Below are positions 10,103 through 22,200 of a stretch of DNA of 41,938 bases, in pieces (position 1 is the stretch's first letter; each line of letters opens with the position of its first letter). The translations under genes were made by a program, and so were the position numbers. The stretch covers positions 62,001 to 103,938 of the forward strand of contig LVLI01000319.1 of the NCBI GenBank assembly GCA_001687465.1, in the 5' to 3' direction. The notes under the pieces are model-generated. The model was not told where the DNA came from and ran no database searches. It saw only the letters and a list, made by a program, of their open reading frames with translations. This DNA comes from Halocafeteria seosinensis. Taxonomy: Eukaryota.

Positions 10103-12417
10103 CTATCGTCGCCGAATTCCTGGAAGGTCACTGCTAAATCGAGCATGGAATGAGCCACCGTTGTTCGATGGGACAGGGTGCCTTTCGTGGTACGCGTGGG
10201 CATCGCCATGGCCAGCCCCACTGTTATTGGTCTGCAATACTTCCTCATAAGAAGTATGTCCCGTTGATTTTAGGATGGCTTCCAACGCTTGCATCGACGA
10301 CTGCTGGTCAGCAGCTACCGTCTCCTCCAGCTCGTCCATCCTCTCGTTCAATGAATTGATTTCCTCAGACACCATGTGCCTCAAGTGTTCGTGAGAAGGG
10401 GAGCCACCTTTCTCCCCCTCTAAGGCGTGAAGTCGTTGCTCAAGGTCTTCCTGCCGTTGCTGCAACGTACGGACAGATTCACTGAGGTGCTCCAAATCTG
10501 TGCGCACCCCGTCGACCTTCTGAAGTACAGTGCCGTGAGCCTGGTTTGAAACTGCGCTGATAGCTTCTTTAACCACTCCATTCATAACTTCCGACACGAT
10601 CGATCTTACACGTCCTTCCATTTCCTCTCTGAACTGCCCCAGCCGTTCTTCTACATTAGCGTCACTCTTGGAGTGATTCGGCTGGGAGGAGGAGGCAGTA
10701 TCGCTGGCGCGTGGTTCCTGATAAGGGCTTCGAGTCGCCGCTTCAGAAGGGTGGGCTAGCGGTTCTGTCATGTCGGACGTGCATGTATCAGGTAAACCAT
10801 CTACTGTTACTTCCAAGGCATCCAACATTTGCCGAAACTGCTGAACCTGGTTCGATCCACCGGACTCATATTCTTGCAAATCTCTCAGGGTACTCTTAAT
10901 GGTATTCATTACTCGCATAATGCTTTGGCCCTGACCCTCAGAAATCGTACATCCCGTGATATCAATGTAGGATAACCAACTGAACTGACTGACAGTGTCG
11001 TAAACTACTCGGAAAGCTGCAGAAAGATCAGCGCTTTGGAGCGTCTTACCAAGAGTGCTAACAACCATTTGCAGTTGCTGTCCTAGTTGGTGATACATCA
11101 TTATGAGAGTCTTAGCAAATTCTTCATCCAAATCATTTCCTGATATTATTAGCTCCCTTAGACTTCGTTCTGCATCATGTCCGAGAGACGTATTCCTCTT
11201 GACAATGGGCTCGCACCTCCATTTCGTCGCTATTGCACTTAAAATGAGAGCACCTCCTTTGGCAGTAAGTTCGTTATTTGACACATCGAGCGTTCTAAGT
11301 ACCAAGGGGTGGTATTCGCCACCTTGAGGCTCGGGGTGTAATAAGTCAGCTAAGACTCCTGCCCCTTCGTCCCCCAATTGGTTTGATGCAATGCACAGCA
11401 CCCTTAAATTGACGCAGTACCGGAGTAAATCGCCCAGCGGATTTAGTCCACGCACTCCGATACTGTTGTCTTCCAGGTTCAAGGCAGTAAGCGAATCTAA
11501 AGTCTTGTGTCGATCTTTCAAGTTTCTCATCAAACTTTGACGTGCAGCAAGCACCCCTTGAGCATTGATATTCGTGCTACTAACATCTATGCATTCTAGA
11601 CCCGGCGAGCCACTCTCGCATAATGGTAGTAAGGTCTTCAAGGCCTCGTTACCGATATGTGCGATATTACTCATCGAGATCTTCCGCAGAGTTTTACACT
11701 CTGCGACAACCGGGCAAAGATAAATGAGATGTAGCCAAGAATCTTCCTACATAGTTATTGTCGCAGCTTACCTGGAAGATACTTGACGAGGTCCATTAGG
11801 CCAGCCGCAGAGAGTTCGGAATATGACAAGTCCAAATGCTCGATGGTTGTGCAATACTTTAGCTCCTGCGCAACGCAAACCATTTTGGTGTCATCACAGT
11901 TCATCCTGAGGTACGTTGGACGCTTCCCATTCTTTATTTCCTCGAGGATATCCAAAAACGAGGCATCTGGATCCACTCCTAAAATATCACAACTCTGTCT
12001 GTAGCGCTCCACGGCTTCCTCCAGTTCCGAATGATCCGGTTCCTGTTTTGTTTGGGTGAGTGATTTCTCCCATGATCGCGCGTTCAAGGTACCATTAACA
12101 TTATGCTCATGAAAATGAGCGCCACCTTGCTGCGTTGATGAAGAGGAACCAAGATATTGATCGAAATGATCCACACTAGCAGCGTGGTGCCCAGATTGCT
12201 GCTGGTTCCTGAGGCTGTTTAATAGCCCAGTTCCGTCCAAATGTCCACTCATCCCCGAGGTATGTTGGTCTACCATAAACGACAAGGACGACGAGGAAGA
12301 GGAGGCCTCGATAGGAGTGGAAAGAGACGGTGTAGCCTTCCCAGACTGTCCTGAAGCTTTTGAATCCAACGCCGACGACGGATTTCTCTGCTCTGTCATA
12401 CTATACCACGACGACAT
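10103..12417 (-). CDS. RNI-like leucine-rich-repeat protein with C-terminal coiled coil
   Basis: Repeats LDLSYSELS, IDVSSTNI, LNLEDNSIG, LCIASNQLGDEGA, LDVSNNELTAKG, LIISGNDL and a heptad-rich C-terminus. A phase-1 intron at 11701-11771 joins the two ORFs (…LP|ECKTLRKISMSN). The first ATG at 12417 is assumed to be the start. Confidence 0.8.
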
Positions 12418-12719
12418 ATTGACCGACGGGCACCATCCCTTCTCCCTGATGATCGAAAGCGTCCCAATCACCCGCGACAACGCCCAAAAACAATCGATTC
12501 GAGCCACATGACGCTGCTTAAATGAGGTCCGAAGAGGGTAATCGACGAAAACATTGACGTCTCGTTATAGGTGCATTGGCGGTGGTCACAATTTCGGTTA
12601 ATATACACTGTATAGCTGTATTTGCCGTGAATATCATAGGTTATACAGAAAGGTTTCTTGTACACCTGTGTAGCCGGGATTCGGTGAGAGCCAGAGTGGT
12701 GTTTTTGGAGCCATAGACA

Positions 12720-14214
12720 ATGATGATCACAAGACGTATAGCGCAAGCTATCTCTCCTATTGCCAGGCACTACGCCCCCATAGCCTCTGTGGCTTCCAGG
12801 GGGATGGCTACCAGTGCCAAGGCAGTCACATACACGGAGCATGGAGACCCAAACCGAGTGTTATCGTAGGTTCATCGGACTTGGAATCCAAGCTACCATA
12901 TTATACTCCCTCTTTGTGGCATATTGATGCAGGGTTGAGTCCATAGAACTCAATGATAACGTTTCTGGAGAAGATGTGTTGATCAAAATGCTCTCTGCGC
13001 CGATAACGCCGACAGACCTGGCTCATGTAAGTCTAGCGATCTTGGAGCTTCCTGGGCTCCCCATACCTTGGGTAGCCCCAGGGTTTTTTGTTCTCTTTGA
13101 ATCCGCCCCAAGGGGTTGCCTTGGGATTTTTGGGCGCCAAGGCCACTCACATGGAGGAATCCAAGATTTGTGACTAGAATGAAGTTTCGACAATGACATC
13201 TTGCTCTTGTGTATGCAACTTTCGGCTTACAGGTTGAAGGTTGGAATGGATCTTCCAACGTTTCTGCGAGCACGGGGAGTGCAAAGCGAGTGGGTGGCAA
13301 CGAAGGAGTTGCCGAAGTCGTCAAAGCGGGTGATAAAGCCCAAAATATAAAACCAGGCGATTGGGTCGTTCCTGCTGCTGTCGGAGTCGGGACATGGTGC
13401 ACACACAATGTTGTGAAGGCGTCGGACCTATGCAGAATAGAGAAATTCACGAATAATACAGAAATAGAACATGCGGGCACTGGAATTGTTGCTCCGGCTG
13501 TAGCAACGCGGCTGCTGGAAGATTTCGCCAAATTGGAGCCTGGTATGTCAAAATCGAAAGCGGATGCTTAATTTTCCCTTTTACGTTGTAGCGTACGTGG
13601 TTCGTTTTGTTTTTCATTCAGGTGATGTAATCGTCCAAAATGGAGCGACTAGCGGTCTCTCCCAAGTCTTGCTCCAACTTGCTGCGGAGCGCGGTATTGT
13701 TGTGATTAACATCGCGCGGGAACACAATGATTGGGAAGATTTAGTTAGGCATTTTCAGGGACTTAACAATGCTTGCATCAGCGTTACAGAATCGTACGCG
13801 AGGACTCCCGAGTTCCAACGCCTGCTCGCGGACGTGCCGCAACCCAAGCTAGGTGTCGATCTGGTCGGAGGCCGTGCTGGCTTGATTGTGGCTCAGTGCC
13901 TGGCTCCAGACTCAACTCTCGTTAGTGTTGGCAACATGTCAAAATATCCGTTACCTCTAACCGCTGACGTTTTGTTGAATAAGAATATAACTGCTCGTGG
14001 ATTCCGGTTAGATCGTTGGCTAGGCCAACAATCCAAGGAGAACAGAGATTCTTTCATTAGAGAAATGGCTAAACTTAGTGATGCTGGAAAGACCAAACAG
14101 TTGTTGGCTTGGGAGCCGTTTAAGGACTTCGACATTGCTTTGAAGCGATCGCAACAACGAGGTGAACGAAAAGTGGTTGTAGTGATGGAGCCTTCGGAGG
14201 AGCGCCTGAGATAG
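12720..14214 (+). CDS. MECR: Mitochondrial trans-2-enoyl-thioester reductase-like protein (MDR superfamily, MECR/Etr1 family), divergent
   Basis: Arg-rich, acid-free presequence MMITRRIAQAISPIARHYAPIASVASRGMA, then AKAVTYTEHGDP, VLIKMLSAPITPTD, VGGNEGVAEV, KPGDWV, GTW, LEP|GDVIVQNGATSG. Introns 12866-12932, 13027-13232 and 13543-13621. Confidence 0.85.
13033..13177 (+). other. Highly self-complementary segment inside MECR intron 2
   Basis: Closing stem GATCTTGGA-gc-TTCCT (13038-13053) pairs with AGGAA-TCCAAGATT (13155-13168), flanked by CTAG at 13033-36 and 13174-77. Internal hairpins GGGCT-c-CCCA/TGGG-t-AGCCC and CCCAAGG/CCTTGGG. Confidence 0.7.
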
Positions 14215-14656
14215 ACTGGTGCTCTGTTTGCTTCGTTAATAGCACAAATAAACTAGCGACAGAATTTCGATCTTAGGGTTTTCATACGCATTCACTCAGG
14301 AATTTGTGGGAAAGGAGACTTTGCAAATCGTACTTCCTCTTGTCCACACAAGCTGCCTGGTGGTTTCCTGACTACTCTTCCGGTACCAAGGATAGTTTCA
14401 ATGCACACGTAAGTAAAATTATGGATTCGATTCCAGATAATACCACAAAGCTACGAAAGTGCATCAAATCCGACGAACGTAGGACTTCACTATTAATCGT
14501 GGAGGCCACGAGAAAAGCTTCAACCCTTTCTTTCCCGGGCCGCTGCACCGTGCCTCTACGGGAAAAGGAAGCTTCCCGATCCTAAGTGCGCCTTTCTCGT
14601 CCGTTATTGTGTCTGTGTCAATATACCATTATTGTTGTGTCTCGATATATGTAGTG

Positions 14657-14683
14657 TTTTTTTTGTTTGTTTTTTTTTTTTTT
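14657..14683. repeat. Poly-T tract (low complexity)
   Basis: Near-pure T run interrupted by two Gs, about 200 bp upstream of the ArfGAP start. Confidence 0.8.
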
Positions 14684-14880
14684 GGTCAATTTACGCATTT
14701 ATCACAGTCTAGAAGAGGCGCAGTGCGGAAGCCGTCCTTTTCTGCAGTTTTCCCTCTTATATAAGGCTAACATTCACTCCCAAGTGACCCCTCAACCCTT
14801 TTACTCGTTACCAGAGTATCAAGAGAAAATCTTCTGCACGTATATACTGTCCACAGTGAACGCGAAATAGGAGAGAAAAA

Positions 14881-16115
14881 ATGAGTAAAAACCCGAGTAA
14901 AGTAAGTCAGCGCATGTCCGGCAAGCTCTCGGCGTTGAAAGAAAAGCACATTTTGGGTATCCCTGTTTTCGGCATCCAGGATGAAGAGACCCAGAGAAAC
15001 AGGCAGATCATCAGTGATTTGCTGAAATTGCCAAGCAACCGTGTGTGCGCGGATTGCGAAGCTAAAGGTACGTTTCACTGAATGATGCTCAGTATTCGGG
15101 CAATTGGTACGCCATTGTATTTTGTTTGACAGATCCTCGCTGGGCTTCTGCCACACTTGGCTCCTTCATTTGTATCCGGTGCGCCGGTATTCATAGAAAC
15201 TTAGGGGTGCATATTAGCTTTGTGCGTTCAGCCACATTGGACGATTGGTCCAGTAAACATGTGAAGAACATGGTTAAATGGGGCAACGATCGAGTGAATG
15301 AGTATTATGAAGCTCATGTTCCGGATGACTATTACATTCCCGACGAAAATGACAGTAATTCGGTAGTGGAAAAATGGATCCGGGATAAATATGAACGTGA
15401 GAAATTCGCGGCGGACGAATTGCCGCCACCGTCCAACCAACTAGAGCAGTTACGCTCGGGTGATGGCAAGAAGAAGAAAAAGAGCAAGAAATCATCATCC
15501 GAAGAGCAAAGTGGTGCGAAATCTAGCTCTAGTTCCAAAAAAAATAAAGGCTCTTCTGAGAAGAAAGAGCCTTCGAAACTAGGGTCGCATTCGACTAAAG
15601 TAAAAGGTAGCCAGAGCAACGGTCAAGCAGGTGTTGCTGCTGCTTCAGCGAGTAGTTCCAAATCTGCCATCAATGCTGCATCCCATACATCGAAGACTCA
15701 TGACGACTTTGACTTGCTCAGTTGCTTTGACGCAACTCCTAGCACTCCTGCTTCTGCTGGTGACGGTGATAAGTGGGGGGCCGATATCCGTGAGTCCTCA
15801 ATGCACTCTGCTCCTCCTTCTACAACGGAAGCGCATGACGACTTTGATCTTCTTGCGGGGGCCTCTTCCGAATCTGGAGTCACAAGCAGCAATCCGCAAC
15901 AGGAAGATCCGTTTGCTCCAACCATGCCTCACCCACATCTGCACCATCCCCAACAAGGAGGCATGATGCCACCCCAACACTACCCGGGAATGATGCCAGT
16001 GCATGCACAAGCTCAGCACGGAATGATGCCTCCTTCCTACAACGGTTTTGGTGCTCCAGGATATCAACAGCCCAATATGAGCCATCCTATGATGCAACGT
16101 GGAAACATGCAGTAG
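14881..16115 (+). CDS. ArfGAP, SMAP/AGD5-like
   Basis: Zn finger NRVCADCEAK|DPRWASATLGSFICIRCAGIHRNLGVHISFVRSATLDDW, plus WIRDKYE. Intron 15068-15132 and a probable in-frame intron 14902-14979. The tail has DLL/DPF motifs and a Met/Pro/Gln-rich end. Confidence 0.92.
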
Positions 16116-16670
16116 AGGCCTACCCGACAGTATCAGTTAATGCGTTGTTTCACATCAGCCCTTTTGGTTAGGAGAAATATATAGATTTTGGTTATCTACT
16201 CGAATTACTCGGCTAGCAGGTTAGGATAGCGCATTCTTGTAACCGTGAATTGTACCCAAGGTAACCCAACCCGACCTATTCATCTCTTGGCAGTAAGCCC
16301 CACTTTTCCCACTTGCTTAACTGAATCAAGCAAGAATTCAACATTGCAGTCACTAGACGCAATCCGATCCGCCTACCCGGTGTAGAATACACGTAAGGCG
16401 TCAACTTGGGTCTTTGAGACTCTTGGAGGGTCTTGACCCAGAAGTGCAAGTGGATTCCAAGCGACTCGAACTTCGTCTCGAAGCGAGGCTTCAACTTCAA
16501 CTTCAACGAAGTCATTGCGGAGAGATTATTCATGCACAAATTGGGCACAATACATACCGTACAATTTCCATCACACACGGATTGATCTGAACAATCGACT
16601 GTTGTCCTTATAAAATTGAACTCATACCTTTGACGGTGTGGGGGAGTGTGGGTGAAAGACGACTTTGGGC

Positions 16671-19196
16671 ATGTCGTCGGAAGAAACTTCAACTTCGGCG
16701 GCTGCTACGGCCCCGAATACGCAAGAACAGGAGTATTCCAAGGCCCATAGGCGCAGTAGTAAGACTCGCACAAGTGGGAGACTACGGTCAGGCACTTCGT
16801 CGTCGGCTGGTGGGGATAACGATGATGGAAGCGATGGAGGAGGGCCGGTAATGGGCCAGGAAACAACTGTTTTATGTATCGGCAAATACAAAGTTACCCA
16901 TTCATTGGGCAAAGGTAGCTTTGCAGACGTCTATCGCGCCGAAGATACGGAGAGTGGCGAAACCGTAGCTGTTAAGGCGATTTCCATAGAGCGCTTGAAC
17001 ACGCAAGCTAGGAAGCAGTTAAACAGTGAAGTTGAGATCCTTAAGAAGTTCAAGCATGAAAACGTTGTCAGACTTATCGATGTTGCGGTATGTCGTTAGT
17101 TTTTATCATTTTTCGGTTTTATTGTTTCAGTGTTGCGTTTGGACCAACAGCGACCATTGATGAAGGTTTGCCGCAACTGAAATAACTCATCTTGGTGCTC
17201 GGCTTTTATTGCTGCAGAGGTCCAAGAAAACAATGCATCTGATAATGGAGTTTTGTGACGGAGGGGATGTGGCTGGATTGATCAAACGTCATGGGAGGTT
17301 CAAAGAAAGCCAAGTGAAACCAATCATAAAACAGTTGGCTTCCGGAGTGGCATTCCTCAGAGTAAGCCGTGCAATTTTATTGAATCGATCATGTTGTTAA
17401 TTAGGGCCGTGAACCAAGTATTTCTACAGGAAAATTCACTTATTCATCGAGACCTAAAACCCCAGAATCTTCTACTATCGGGCCGATATCCGTCCTGCAC
17501 ACTGAAGATTGCCGATTTTGGGTTCGCCAGGAGTCTGCAGCAGCTGGACATGGCAGAAACTCTCTGTGGAAGCCCACTCTATATGGCTCCAGAGATACTA
17601 AATGGGAAAAGATACGATGCAAAATGTGACTTGTGGTCTGTGGGGGCTATCATGTTCGAATTGGTAACTGGACGACCGCCCTACAACGGCACGAACCACA
17701 TGGACTTAATCCACAATATCAATCAAAACCCTGTAAAAATGGATAGCGAAATAAAGAGACAACTTTCCAAGGAATGTTTGGACCTGATTCGCGGTCTCCT
17801 TCGAAAGAACCCAAAAGATCGAATATCGTTTGAAGATTTCTGGAACTCCCCTTTTATCAAAGACGCAGACTCTGTCATACCTGACCCAGCGAGACAGGAA
17901 AAAGATAGGAAGAGTAGAACTATTGAACGGTTAGAAAAGGCCGATGGAACAGCGACGGGATCGCATGCATCACCCCTGCTTTCACCAGAACAATCATCAA
18001 TGGAGCAACAAAGCATTCCCTCACTTACTCTGGACAAAAGTGGCGCCCAACAAAAAAGCAGTTTACCTAAGAGCCAGGCAGTAGTAACGGAAGAGCAAGA
18101 GAAACCACGGCGTCGGAGTCTTTACAATAATGCAATCGCCGCCGTCACTAAAATGGACGCTTTATCCCATGACGGTCAGTGGGGACCCAACAGCATCGTC
18201 GAACGGTTATCGACGATAACTGTCGGTAATATCATCACTGTGGCTGAAGATCGCAGAAGCTTATTTGAGTCGTCGTCGTTTAAAGCAAATGCTGAAATTT
18301 CCCAGTCGTTTCTAGAAGCCATTTTGGATGGCGTTAATGAAGGGAAATCTTCTGAGACGCCACTAAAAGCAGACGTTTTCTTGCAAAATGCACATGTTCG
18401 TATAGCTCGGCACAGTGCGTTTTGTGCTCGCGCTATTATGTCCCTCGCGGAGAAATATGAGAACATCGCCCGAGCTTCTCCAAACCACGCTATTGAACTT
18501 CTCACTAAACGTGCTCATGGCGAGGCTCCTGTGGATGTTCCACGTTTGGCAGGGAAGCCAACAACCAGGAGGGCAACTCTTAGCTCAGCAAACGTGATGT
18601 CGGAAGCAGCGAAGCAGTCATCTACCATGACCGAATTCGACGAGTGCGCTGAGGAAGTACACCGTAACGCTGCATTATGTGCACTCCTGTTATATTCGCG
18701 TTCACTGCGCCTTTTGAATCATTGCACGAGCTATTTTGCACATCTGCTTACAACCTGGAACGGTGCGCTTGCACTGTTAAGACCCACTATCCAATGGCTG
18801 ACTGTTAGTATCGCATCAGCTAATACGCGTGTTGAAAACCTCAGTTCCGAGTATTTTAACTCTGCGGTCTCTAAGGATCAACTGCTTGTCAGTAAGCTGG
18901 ACACTGAATGGCTACTTTGCAAGCGGGCGGCTGTTTTGCTGCGATATGCGGATACCATTTGCACGTGTGAAAACTTCGGAAGGGCATTTTTCGGGGTCTA
19001 TTCTGATTGTCCTGTCGAACAAGCTTGTCTCAATTTCCGGCTTGAGGCCATTGAGCTCTTGCATTCAATGATGCTACCCCGGTCTGTAACAGACGCAGGT
19101 GAAGAGAAACTGAAAGAAGTGGCTCTTTCTATGGAGGAAAAGGCCCGACACCAAATCCAGAAAGCTAGAGATGCGTTACACGAAGCACATCAATAA
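16671..19196 (+). CDS. ATG1: ATG1/ULK-family Ser/Thr kinase
   Basis: LGKGSFADVY, VAVK, MEFCDGGD, IHRDLKPQNLLL, KIADFGFARSL, AETLCGSPLYMAPE and DLWSVG are the ATG1/ULK signature. Introns 17088-17217 and 17362-17429. The helical C-terminal region has an ALLLYSRSLRLL MIT-like segment. Confidence 0.9.
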
Positions 19197-19221
19197 AACA
19201 CAGTCTGCATGGCTCTCGTGT

Positions 19222-22200
19222 TTATTTATTTGGCTTCTGCTTCTTGCTCTTTCCCTTGGACGCCTTTGAACTACTCCGACGTTTTCCTTCGCTTCCTTTA
19301 TGTTCCTTATTCTTGCGCTTTTCTGGGGTAACAGTATTGGCGTCTTTAGCATCCACAGGTACAGAAACGAGCCCACCAGTCTCAGCAGCATGTTGCAGAG
19401 ACTTGTCAATCTTGCTTAGCTTCTCATCATCCAAGTTAACCCTATATTGACCAAGACCAAGATTCTCTACCGCTTCCTCCCTTCCAGCCGCCTTCTCACC
19501 TTGCTTGTCTTCCTTGCTTGCGCTACCCTTGTCGATAGTCCTCTCAATTTCTGCTTCCTGAATCTCCTTAAGTTTGTTCACAAGCTTCTTCACGGCTTTG
19601 TTAAAAAGCGCGAGCAATTGTGTAGCAGGAACATTCAACTCGGTTGCAATCTCGTCAATGGATCGATGCTGTAAACCGAGACCTAACAATACACAGCTCT
19701 GAAGCCTGGACATGTTGATCCCGGGAAGTCTCACTAAGAAATATATTCGAGACAATGTCGGTAGTAGATCTGTTATCATGTGATAATCCACTAAATTGCG
19801 TGCGTAGGATTCAAGCCGTTGAATATCATGCATCGTAAACGTCAGGTTCAACTCCTGTGCTGATAAGGATGTCCATTCTTGCACAGCATTCTTATCTGCT
19901 TCAGAAATTTCCTCTGGAGAGCCCTCCGCATACTTCTGAATTCCGCCAGTAGCTGCATCAATGACAGACAGTGCAGTAGGGCTATCAAAATGACGGAAGG
20001 CATAGCTCAGAAGGGAAAGATATCGCCGGGCAAAGTCTGAAGCGAATCGCTGTTCCCAACCTGGAGCAGGGCCTTCCTCCAAATCATCCGCTTTCAGTGC
20101 TCGGAGCATAATTGCTGTGTGCTCACCGGTCAACTCATTGGCCGTTTGACGCAGATAAACCGGAACGAAGTTTGCTTTTCTCCAAAACCTGAACAACGGG
20201 AGCGTCAAGCCGAAGCTCACACCAATCCAGTGTAAACGGACCGTTGGTGCATCCATGAGAGAAACCATAAGTGGAGGTAAGTGTTTTCGTGGCTTCAATT
20301 TTTCTTCAGATAACATGCTTTCTTTGGGTATTTCAAGCTCCTTCCCGCCGGGTGCTAATATTTTCCCGCTTTTTGAGTCTTCCAACTCTTGTTCCCCTTT
20401 GGCGGCATTTTCACTTGGGGTTATATCGCCCTGGAAATATTGGACGAGGTTCTGCATAGCCTTCTTCCCATATCCCATTCGCGTAGCATCCGGATGTGTG
20501 GCGATCCTGACAATTCTTGCACCACTCAGCTGCGGGAAATCACTGTCTTGGAACTGTTGGCTAATGGTCCAGGGGATTAGGTCTCCACTACTCCTATAAC
20601 CTCGTTTCAAAGATGACTGTACACTTCCTTTAGATATGTGCCCTTCCAGGCAAACTTGGATCACACATAGGATGTCAGGAATGCTATTGGGTTCATCGTG
20701 GTTAACAGGGCCGACCAATGCGAACAAGCGATGAGCAGGTGCATCAGACATAAGTTGCAAGTCATTGGGGGTATTTTTGTAATGACTTGCGACATAAAGA
20801 CTCATCATGCGATGCAAGAATGCTTCTGAAATTTTGTGTCCTGAGAACAATGCATCTCGGTCGACCAGATAGAGCTCGCACTCAGAGGGGGCGGGCAGGC
20901 CCGTTACCAGTCGATACGGCTCCGCTGCATCAAGACACAGCAAGTCATGAAGCCATCTCTCGATGGGGTCGTCAGGCGCGTAACGAATAGGCTGTTCCAA
21001 CGATACTTCTCGTAGAGTTCTTGAGGAAGTTCCTGACGATGAGTTCCCGTTCTGTGTAGACGCTTGCTCTTGGCGTAGTTGTTGCACCAATTTCAAGGAG
21101 AGTGACCGGCCAGTCCCCTCGTAGCCGTTGATCGTTGAAGACATGAAAACCAAATAAGGCCCTAACAAGCGCTTTACTACTGGAAGAGGAATGGCTGCAG
21201 CTTCGTCGATAACTACTAGTTCCGCTGTTGTCAGTTTATCCGCGTCGGAGGGATCAATATATTGGATAGTCTGCCTTTGGTTCCGGAAGATGTTCACCCG
21301 TATGATGGCTTTGCTCAGTTCAGGGCGTGTAGAAGCCACAGCTTCATAATCAATGTGCTCCTTGTATTCTAATGCTTCGAATCCTTTGAAGACAAACTCG
21401 AACAAAGTCTTCAAATTCTCCGGTGCGGGAGAGGTGACAAAAACATTGCTGTACCCAAAGCCAATAGCTGCCGCTATCGAGAGTCCCAGTGCGGCTGATT
21501 TTCCTCTACCGCGTGCAGCCGTGATGACTACAGTTGACCTCAATGTCTTCTCAGAAATGGCTTCCGCATTAGTCATAACACACTTTGCCTGGTCCAGAGT
21601 CTTAGCTTTCGCCACCAGCCCACCCACCATTTCCACATCCTCCATAGATGCTTTCAGATCCTGAAGTTCCTTTTCTTTAGTAGATGCCGTTTTTTCTTCA
21701 CTATTCTTGACGGACTTGATATCCTTGGCATTTCTCGAAATAGGAAGAATGTTCAATTCATCATCCACCACCAGCGAATTCGAACATTTGGTCAATGACA
21801 AGAGAAAGCGCTCATTGAACCTGGCCACCACGTCTTGGTGAGCTTCCGTTCTAAAGCGATCGTGTACATCCATGGCCATGGTATAAAGTTGTTTCAAACT
21901 GGTCATCGTTTTCAACAGCAATACAACCATTCCACCCCCTTCTACAGTCTCAATCGTCCGGCATAGCAAGTTTGGAGTCAAAGCTTCGAAATCTTGGAGC
22001 ACGAGCATGCCGTATGTCTGACCCAGAATTTTGTCGGTGTCCTTGTAGTAGCACCATCTTATCTGGGTGGAAGTGATGAATAGCTCAAAAGGGTCATCTC
22101 GATCAGAATTATAGACACCCTTGCGCTGCAGCTTTTTCACCTCTTTCATGCGCTTTTGTTTGTGGGTGCTGAAGCCTAGTTCCTTATTGTAGCACCACAG

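Noticed and set aside
16309..16506. Hairpin TGGGTC...GACCCA, stem CCACTTGC/GCAAGTGG and a (CTTCAA)3 microrepeat upstream of ATG1
   Set aside because: Short and within chance expectation, with no supporting motif.
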